Shown: piece by piece, positions 54,272-64,000 of the stretch
Numbering within the stretch: the stretch's first letter is position 1
Layout of the letters: every line of letters starts with the position of its first letter
NCBI GenBank assembly: GCA_030141605.1
Contig: JAQGDQ010000349.1
Span: forward strand, 122,375-186,374
Length of the DNA: 64,000 nucleotides
Direction of reading: 5' to 3'
Source of the DNA: Tubiluchus corallicola
Lineage: Eukaryota > Animalia > Priapulida
Notes under the pieces: generated by a model
Told to the model about the DNA's origin: nothing
What the model saw: only the letters and a program-made list of their open reading frames with translations
Databases searched by the model: none
Made by a program: the position numbers and the translations under genes

Positions 54272-55012
54272 ATGAAAAACATGGTGAAAATCCCGTTTGT
54301 AAAGTTGCTAGCTATTATATTGCTAAACAGTAAACCGGTATACCCGCGTAAACTTCAGTACAAGTACAGGGGAGCAGCAGATAGTACCTGGGGTGAAAAA
54401 TATGGCAAGGAAGAATGCGAACAAGAGAAAGAATGCTTAGAAGATTGTTTTGCAAGCATTGCTGCTTACTATAACGAGCAGATAGGCAACAATCTAAAAA
54501 TAGGAATGGAACAAAATCTCACAAAAACCTGGTTTCGGTTTGGAAACGGAATGAAAGGCTACGACTTAGGAAATTTACCACATGAGACTCGTAACTTTGA
54601 TGGCAATTCCGGGAATTTTTCTAGCGTATACCACAGGCACAGTATTCGTGCCGTCTTTCGAGAGGAGCTTCCATACGTTTCAAGGATTGTTTTTCCGCGC
54701 CGCAATGTCTGTAAGCCAGAAAAGAAACCAAAAAGGCCAACAAAATTCTTTATTCTGTTTGGAGAACAAAGTGCGAGGTATGCATTACCCAGGGAGCTGA
54801 AATTTCTAGATGAAAGGGGAAACAAAGTTGATCACGTGGCAGTGAGAAAGAACAGAGAAACTGAAGTAAGTTTTCTGCCACCCGTGAAGTTCAATGGACT
54901 TACATTTGAAGACTGCTACACTGACATGCCGAAAGCTACATATGACATTACCCTATGTGAAATCCCCAGTCCAACCCCAATATGTTTCAATATATATGTG
55001 TGTGATGGTTAG
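54272..55012 (+). CDS. Uncharacterised, probably secreted 246-aa protein; possible divergent discoidin (F5/8 type C)-like domain
   Basis: Long non-repetitive ORF with higher GC than its flanks. Basic then hydrophobic N-terminus (MVKIPFVKLLAIILLNS); 8 Cys; sequons NLT and NFS; acceptor-like ttttgatcttcatag immediately before the ATG; AATAAA at 55032. Confidence 0.8.
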   Translation: MKNMVKIPFVKLLAIILLNSKPVYPRKLQYKYRGAADSTWGEKYGKEECEQEKECLEDCFASIAAYYNEQIGNNLKIGMEQNLTKTWFRFGNGMKGYDLGNLPHETRNFDGNSGNFSSVYHRHSIRAVFREELPYVSRIVFPRRNVCKPEKKPKRPTKFFILFGEQSARYALPRELKFLDERGNKVDHVAVRKNRETEVSFLPPVKFNGLTFEDCYTDMPKATYDITLCEIPSPTPICFNIYVCDG

Positions 55013-55594
55013 AATGATGTTATGGCTATACAATAAAACTATCTTGTGATACCGAGAACAGTTGGCATGGCTTTTATTATGCTGCTGTTGCCTGGAAGAA
55101 GTGATTCTAAAACCTGATTAAATCTTTATGTTTTACTACTCTCTTAGGCGCTACTGCCTTTTTTACTAATGGACCTATTGACGCAATGTTAGGTAAAAGC
55201 AGTGATATGGTATATCACCTGATGTGCTGAAAACGGGGTAATCTTGTTGCAAATGTCTGTCAGTTTTATCACAAATTACTGGCATGCATACAATGAATAA
55301 GCCACTGTCAGGATGAGTGACTTCAAATAGTTACTCTTCAGTAAATTTATTATAGAGTGTGAACCATGAGTTAAACAGTAACGTTATTTGCAGTCATGCA
55401 GTAATGTCACGTACCTAATTCTATTCATAAACGTCATTCTATTCATAACAAATGTCATTGATTGACTGAATCAACATGTAACAAGAGTACTAGCAGCAAT
55501 TATTGCAATTATGTAGAAATTGCGTGCTTTCATTGTGGCAAAACAAAGAAAACAACGTAGAATATGGCAGAAGTAATAATGTGTGTTGATCACG

Positions 55595-55752
55595 TTGATG
55601 ATAGCCATGACAACAATGATGACGGCGGTAATGATGGTGATGATAATGATGATGACTATGACGACGATGACGACGACGATGATGATAATGATGATGAAAA
55701 CGACGACGATTATGATAATGATAATGATGATGAGGAGGAGGAGGAGGATGAC
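55595..55752. repeat. Imperfect (GAT/GAC/GAG)n trinucleotide tract
   Basis: Directly visible; yields the poly-D/E ORF. Confidence 0.9.
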
Positions 55753-56454
55753 ACTATGAAATATTAATTGCCATTTTCACCATGAATCTCATGCGAGTGG
55801 TAGAAAGTAAAAAATGTGGTACAAAGTAATTTTTCCAATTTATTTTCATTAATTAATTATTTATTTTCAAAAAATTTAAGGAACGTAATAATGATTATAC
55901 GCGCCATCTTGGATTGTAATATGGGTGCAGTTAAAATCCATTACTTCGCCTTAAATATCCAGGTTTCCTAGGAAGAGAATTAGTGGTCCAATCACAACAT
56001 ATATTTCCTCCAACATCAGTCGATTAATAATTTATGGCACTTAATGTTTGAGTGAGAGAGCCATTTTAAGTCTGAAGGTAGCCGATATGTGCAAGCCAAA
56101 AACTCTTTAGAATACTATTCACAGTTCGGCCATTCACGGGAATGAAGAAGTCTTGACTATAATTCTAGCACCTTCTACTAGGCCTTGCTAGCAGTGATTT
56201 AGGGGTTTCATAAATTCCGCAAAGAGGACAGCGCAGTGAGCACAATAAATTTTCGCTTCTTGAGAAGCAAAGTAAGAAATAATTGTCAAAGGCATCTCTA
56301 CTAGATTATACATACAGTAAGCTCAAGGTGACATGTTTCATCAATACACAACAGCACAAAAGGTAACCGTATAGAATGAGAAATAGATACAAAACATGAA
56401 TGTTGAACCAGCAGCTGGCATGTAGAATGACGTAAATCGATACTACGCAAAGTT

Positions 56455-56720
56455 CAATGTCGTCAAAACTTCGTTGCTTGCTGTTATTGTAACCACGTAA
56501 CCAACTCTTGTTGAAACCATTGACTTACTGTTGTTGAAACCTGGTGATTTACTATTGTTGAAATATGTGATATATGTTGTTAAAACCAAGTGACTCATTA
56601 TTGTTAAAACTCTGTGATTAACTGTTGTCAAAATCCTGTGACTTGCTGTTGTTGGAACATGGCTTACGCTTGTAAAAATCACCTGACGTAGTTAAAACAT
56701 GACTTATGCTTGCCAAAACA
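56455..56720. repeat. Degenerate minisatellite, ~21-24-bp unit, about 11 copies
   Basis: Recurrent ttgtt(g/a)aaac....gtga(c/t)t core. Confidence 0.8.
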
Positions 56721-58599
56721 AACGCAAAAAATGATAAAATGTTTGAAGTGTCCAATAGTGTAAAGCTACTTAAAATGCAGTAGCATTATTATACATGACG
56801 AACTCATTCTTTATTATAAGAAACCGTTAATTAATCGTCCTTTGAGCTTTTGTTGTTCTTTGCCAAGTAAAATACACGTGCGGTTTTACACACAAGACTT
56901 TTACTCACATCAAAATCATCACATCTAACTAATGAATTGCTTGACAATAGAGATACTCAAGTTTTAAGTTTTTAGCCACATTTAGCTAAAAATACAACCC
57001 TAGTCTTAACCCTATTGATGGTGACATTGATTGTGTTGTTCAATTCAAATATTTAGTTTAATTAACTATACAATGGTATCGTAAGAAAAGCTTGAAATTA
57101 AACTCACCATAGGAAATATCACTGATCAGCGGAAAAGCAAACGTACGCGACCTAATAAGAGTAGGTGACACTTTCTCCCTAGATGTAGATGTCCACTCGT
57201 GATAGCTCTTGGAAAACTGCTTCATTGATAAGATGTCAACCATAAACGACGTCTTAGACATAACACATCTAACTTAAGTTTAGGGGGTTCACCTGACAAA
57301 TTTCATTTGGTATAGAACTTAGGCGAACTAGTGTTTTCGCGGCACACGTTACTTAAGTTTAATAGGTTCACTTGATAGATCAGACGGGTCTTATGAAAAA
57401 GTATTTTCAAAACGATTCCCGCTTTTTATTTGATAGTTCAACACTAATCAACCATAAATTCTGCTACAAACAAGCACCACTTCCGCATAATTCAACTTAA
57501 ATAAATCAGCCAGTATAAGTCAGTTACAACTCTTCCACAGAACAGAATTTCAGGGTGATTCCTGTTTCCCGTTTAGCTCACATTTAATTAATCTCTCAGC
57601 AATTAGCTCACAGTAATTAATCTTTGACACCATGAACACACGAAGTAAAATGTGCAATGTTGAAATTTGTGCAGGTCAATGGTAGCCACTTCTTGAATAT
57701 CTGACTTGAATTTCTAATTAACAACAAGTAATAATACAAAAAAGCGTCAACTTTCTGGACATGAACCCCCAACCTATTTCAATCTTGCAGTGCATCACCA
57801 AAACCCAGCTAGCTAAGCGCGAATAGTTAACGTTCTTATAATTTGTATTGTAAGATTATGGCAGCTGGGGTCGAGAGTTCGCGTCTTGCCAAAACAGATT
57901 TCTTTTTGTCATTTTTAACCGTACAAACTTGGCAATTTTTTTGTTTTAGCACTAACAAGCTTAGTGTTTTTTTTCAAATATTAAAGAATATTATATAAGG
58001 AATTACGACACACTGAATTACTTTGTGAATCTACCTATGTAGTTAGACACTATTATGTACCAACAAATGCATATTTCGAATTTTTTTCTTATAAAATTCA
58101 AAATAGTTGCAGGACCAGAATATAGCTAATTGCTAAAGATAATTCCCTGGGATGAAATATCCAGTCGGCAGAACTGTCTTATCTATATCAGGGCCGGTTT
58201 CACAAAGCCGTTATTAAGTTAATGACGTCGTTATTACATTAACTATTAACCCTGGAGACAGTCTTCCTTAACAAGAGAAATACCCAAGAGCGGTATAGTA
58301 GTTGAAACCATGCAGAAACGATTTCCTGGCGGTCACGTATCAATTTACTAGACAAACCCAGCATTGCATAAATTGAGTTAATTGTTTCCTTGATAAATCT
58401 GAAGCATGGGAAACACATGGAGAACGCACGTGCGGGATCAGAAGTGAATGTAAACTTCGAATAATGAATGATGCTTTATTTCTACCTAACCTATAATATA
58501 ACCAATAATAATGAATAATGAATAACATTCTATTTCAGGCAGAGGCTATTTAGCTATTAACCAATACAGTTCATACATACGTGAGCGTCAATTTTACGC

Positions 58600-59118
58600 A
58601 TGTGCCCCATGAACTACTTTTTCCTATACAACTACACTTTTTTAAAGGCGGCTCAGAATTTCGCTACGCATTTCGTACGCTCTTCAACTTTTCGGGAAGA
58701 TGGAGCATAAGTGAAAAATTTATAAATTTTAATATTCCTAACTATGATATTATTACACGAAAGATAACATTATCCCTTATATATGGGCTGGCAGAACTAC
58801 CTAATCATATAATTAATAAATTGTACGTTTCCTCTGCATATCACAAAACAGTCATATGGAACAAAGATATAGAACAAACTTTGTTTTGCACTGTGAGACC
58901 AACATCTTTTACCATTTCAAAGGTGACCTTTATTGGGTTTTATGTCTCCATGTATTGTATTTTTAGTGATCCGTCTTGTGTATTTATGTTTTGTGTCTGA
59001 GTGGGTATGTATGTATATATGTAAGTTTTTTATTATTCTCCATCATAATTTTATAGTATAGGTTGGTGTTTCTTATTTTTGAATAATGCTATGTACTTTT
59101 AAATGTATGAAATAAATT
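58600..59118 (+). mobile_element. Probable old LINE 3' fragment
   Basis: NFNIPNY..TRK.TLS...ELPNHI resembles a LINE ORF2 C-terminus; the T-rich tail ends gctatgtacttttaaa..aataaa, a segment also found near 12929. Confidence 0.4.
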
Positions 59119-60387
59119 TGAAAAAATCAAAAACAAGTAATAATAATAATCCGAAATTGCTTATGCACCACAGCGGCGTTGTGTATTGCATCATAGACAC
59201 CTTGACCTACATTTTAATTTCCATCTCCCAGGTAGGCTCATCCACTCAACGATAATTACTGAATAATTCTCCCACTGTATGTACAATGCTCTAGTCATGA
59301 AGACCGCGTCAATCAATTACTGCATAGAAGGCTGATACTTATCAACTTCCAACACGCATGCCTGAGGAGAGCTGCTTAGCAAATGATTAAACGAATATTA
59401 ACTTATTTTAATTAATTAATTTAATTACGAGAATTACTGAGTAGCTAAATGCTGCACTTAGCAGATCTTGACACCTATAATTCTCAAATGTTTCGTTCTT
59501 TTCTCAAGTTTCGCATTTACCCTATATAGATTGACTAATCGAATTTCTAAAGTAAACAGAAATGGCTGAAAAAGTAGGCGTGGTTTAGAACACAATAATA
59601 ACCGCAATGCAGAACACTACTAGGCTAACAGCTTTGTTCAAATGGTGAAAAATATACATTAATGCTCCTTAGAAACTTTTTACTACAAAGCTTTTAAGAA
59701 TTACTAACGATTAAAACATAAAGCAATTTACAGAGTTATCGATGTCGCTGGAAAAAGGTAAATTTATTGATAGAATAGCAATAAATGAGTTTTTGTTAGG
59801 AATGTTCGTGAGCATGCGCGCCAGTGTCGTACGCATTGTTTCTAACCGACCAATCAACGAATGACATCCGTCGTCTTGTCCAAAATCACCCAATTGCCTG
59901 CTGCCGCTAGATGTGAAAACTCACCCTCTCTCCACCCACTACTAAAGCAGGAACGTAATTTTTGTGCGCAAATGGTTTAGGTACTTTTAACGTTGCAGTG
60001 TTTTCTCTGTAGTGTAGAATTTTTACATATAATGTACCACTAAGTATTGTTAAAACTGCTTTACTAGGCGTTTGGTATAATTTTGTAAAGTATTGTAGTA
60101 TCGAAAACAATGCTTTATTATGTTTATCATCATAGACGCAAAGCAATATTGTGATTAGTATAATCACGTATTGGGTGGGGCGGTAATTGGGCGTGCCCCA
60201 CCTTTTTTTGCCTTGCTATATTGAATGTATTGTCATTTTAATAAATGACCTCAATTAAAATGACCTCATTTTATCAACTAATTTGATCAACTAATTATCA
60301 ACATTCTTGGTTCTTTTGCAAAAAAAACTAGCCAGGTTCAGCCAATTTTACCTTTATGAACATTAGCTTACAAAAAAGAATGGTGGT

Positions 60388-60389
<2 letters not shown>

Positions 60390-60474
<85 letters not shown>
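60390..60474. repeat. (TTA)n microsatellite
   Basis: Directly visible. Confidence 0.97.
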
Positions 60475-61302
60475 GCCGTTCATATTTTAATTTTCCTAAT
60501 TAGAATAGACCAGATTCGGCAATGATAAATCAGATTCAAAAAACTTTTTTATCAAACTTAACTAAGCAGGCTTTCTTACGTGCAGCTAGTCAGGTATTTG
60601 ACCTAATCAGCAGACCTCTAATTGAAACGTGCTGCACTTTCCATGTGCATTGTTATAAATTATTTCTATCGCGTCCCGAATCAGCTTTTTCAGTAGTCAC
60701 CCATTCACTAACTGACTAGTCTCAGCGTTGCGTGACTAAAGCACGCATCTTGACCACTTAGGCAAAATGACACTGAAGCACATAATAAACAACATTCTAT
60801 ATATAGATCCTACATAATTATGCGATGTACGTATCCTGATACTCTATTTTTATATCCAATGCCCTGTATTTATTCTGTGACTGCAGTCTAGTCACGGCTC
60901 AGCTGCAAGGTGAACATGAACATGAAGCTCGTACATTCTGCCTCATTAACTTGCAATAATTACAATAATTACTACCTACGATAACTTGACTGTGATCGCA
61001 TTTTCCAACAGCTTAATTTTGGCGCTTAGTTACGGCGTCCTTGGCAAGTCGTCGTCATATGTACGACAAAAGCACGAATTGCTGGGTGGAAACATACAGT
61101 TGACTGGAGGCCGAGAGAATAAAACTAAAATTCAAGAGCACATAGTAAGTCTTGACCTTTTGTGATTAGTTTTCACATGTAGGCCTACTCAAGATCTGGC
61201 AAACAATGAATTCAATCTATGCGTCGTTGGGCCAAGCATTGCAGTTGTTTTTAATATATTTAATAGCGGTGCATTTAATAGCTCGAGGTTTATAATAAAT
61301 AT

Positions 61303-61405
61303 ATATGTATGTGTAACTATGTGTACGTTATGTGTATGTGAAACTATGTGTATGTTATGTGTATGTGTACGTTATGTGTATATGTAACAATGTGTATGTT
61401 ATGTC
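61303..61405. repeat. (TATGTG)-based imperfect minisatellite
   Basis: Repeated tatgtgta(t/c)gt motif. Confidence 0.8.
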
Positions 61406-63485
61406 CATGAACTTGATTCAGAATAAAGCGCTAATTCAGTCAAATCATGCCATGCGTGTCACTTGCCAAAATTACTTTTCCTTTTAAGAGTTTTTTTAAT
61501 GTGAACTTGAATATATTTCTTTACCTGTCCATTCGAATTCCACATTTAGACCTAGGCTCAATAAAAGATATAGAAATATGTTTAAACATACGAAAGAGTT
61601 AATAGTTTTTAGGGTTTTACGATAACCTATAAGAAAGGAATTCTGTGAAATTATAGCTTTTCGTGCTATAGGAATAGACGCGGCTATTGAAGTCGAATTT
61701 GTGAATGTCAATCGACCCACTTGAAAAACACCCTCTAAGAAACTGATTCTTTTAAATACGTTCAGTTACAATGTAGATATTTCATAAAAAGATGTACTTA
61801 AAATATGTCAACAAGACAGTTACATTTGAGACGTTTTCTTAATTTTCGGAACGTTAAACTTGGTAAAATTTTTAAATTTTTTTTTAGGTTTTTGGTTGTT
61901 TTTAAGAAAGAAAACCCCACAAAACACAGTTCTGGCACGGCGTCAGAATCTAGAAAGTTTAAAAAAAACTTCGTACAATCGGTAAAGTGAATTTGTGGAA
62001 AATGAGGCATTTCAAACTCATTTTCGCGATTTTGCAAATTGGCACTAGCTGTGAAAATCAAAAATTAGAAGCAACTTTGCGCTAGGTGTTGCTAAGAAAC
62101 CACGAGAAAACAAAAGAACGTGTAACAAACTGGTAATACTGTTCGCGAAAGCACTAAAACTGTCATCAAAAAATAATCATGGCACAGTCGCCACACTAAA
62201 ATCACACGCACTGAATGCACCAAAATTTGAACTAGCCACCAGCAGAGGATAGCCACGCGAATATTTCACAGTTTACAATGAAGCCGCGTGCTTCATCATA
62301 TCTCAGTGTTTACTATGAAGCCATTGATGTTAAACGCTGGATGGAGGCGTCTCAGTAAAGACGGGTAGATCTCGTCGGCTGATTAGAAGAGCTCTGAGAC
62401 GTGTTCATTCATCAAGACAGGTTGTAAGCTTTTAAACCAGACCACATCTCCAAATCTGTGCCGAGTGATCCGGCGACAGAGGGCGCAGCTATGCATGGAG
62501 ACGCTTTAGGAGAGCTAAGAACGAACGGACATATAGATCGATGAATGTACTGACAGATTAAAAGACATTGTTCGCACAATGAAGAATGATGTGAATGAAC
62601 AGACAGAGAGACAGACAAAAAATCAGACAGACAGCCAGACAGACAGACAGACAGGTAGACAGCCTGTGAGGCAAGTGATGCAAACTTTACTTCTGTAATT
62701 AGATGTCATTGGCGTAGTTTGTTATAACGTTAATTGTTATTTGTGTTATTGTTGTGTTTCATGATTTATTGTATTATTTGTATTAATTTGTGATGTGTAT
62801 ATGAACTTTGTGAAGTTTAAAATAAAATATTAAATCTAAAAATCTAAAAACAGCTTAACAAAGAAACAGGTAGATGGGCAAACATTACTCACCAGACAAA
62901 CTCACAGACATAACGAAAGCTGAAGCACATTCTCACTACATGCGTGTTATGATATTATAATCTAACTTGTTCGATATTATGCTATTGTTTGGTTATTTTA
63001 GAGAAACATTTTTCATTTGGTAATGATAGTTACTGTCTTAACCTCTTGGGATTTCATCAGCTTTTTGTAATTTGACAAAATGCTTGGGCCAGCAGACTTT
63101 CAAAACTCCTTCCTTGCATAAGTACAAAAGAACTCATAGTGGAACATAAATGTAAATGTAATATAATAATGCTACCAAAAAAACTCACAAAGACTTGCCA
63201 TCTGGCTGCGTGCCCAAATATAATATGACCTAGATAAATCAATGAAAGTAAAACTATCAGTATGTTTAGAAAAAAGGTTTAAATTGGCAGTTGCTAAAAG
63301 TTATGAGCGCATTAGTGAACAATTTTAAAAAGTACTGTGATAAGCTTTTAGTATATTATGTAATTTTAGATGTAGTTTTATTATATGATGTAATTTGTGA
63401 TTTTAGGTATAAAAACAATTTTATTAGTAAAATCTAATTTAATGCAACATATGTGATATAATGGAATGTATATTTATACTATTTA

Positions 63486-63735
<250 letters not shown>

Positions 63736-64000
63736 GCGCGCATTAGTGTGATGTACATGTAATGTGTCATATAATGTATACTCTATAATGATAGATAATA
63801 AAATAAACAAAAGAATAGATTTGGATGGAATAATGACAACTAAAAGGGGAAGGAAAATATAAGTTTAAACTTCATCCTCTCCTTTTCTTGGGTGCTCTTA
63901 TTGTAGTTTTATTGTTTTACAAGTATGTATAATGTATTTTATACTGATGTATGCAAACTTTATGTGTAACATGTAATAGTTTTTTTAACTCATTGAATAA

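Noticed and set aside
55564-55767. Acidic poly-D/E peptide ORF
   Set aside because: Coincides with an imperfect trinucleotide microsatellite; no other coding evidence.
56455-56720. Short GTT..AAAC-containing repeats resembling CRISPR repeat ends
   Set aside because: The period is only 21-24 bp, and the variable parts are related to each other and too short to be spacers.

Overview
AT-rich, microsatellite- and transposon-dense DNA typical of an invertebrate animal genome. There is no prokaryotic operon structure, CRISPR, rRNA or intact tRNA. Five credible long coding exons are present. (1) A tandem pair of minus-strand class A GPCRs of the FMRFamide/sex-peptide/myosuppressin-receptor-like clade (21445-22590, 27268-28386). 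They share a ~300-bp near-identical tract, and copy 2 has a frameshifted N-terminus. (2) A tandem pair of minus-strand ankyrin-repeat proteins with a divergent C-terminal SOCS-box-like motif (33171-34472, 37138-38337). (3) A plus-strand 246-aa, probably secreted protein with 8 Cys and a possible divergent discoidin (F5/8 type C) fold (54272-55012). A few isolated splice-bounded exons are also visible. The remainder is decayed LINEs, tRNA-derived SINE heads, MITEs/foldback elements, an internally deleted Tc1/mariner element, a 6-unit minisatellite and many microsatellites. Most short ORFs in the supplied track are repeat artefacts or antisense shadows. All calls come from reading the sequence; no database searches were run. 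No new biological system can be demonstrated from the sequence alone; the best candidates are the GPCR/ankyrin-SOCS cluster and the secreted protein.
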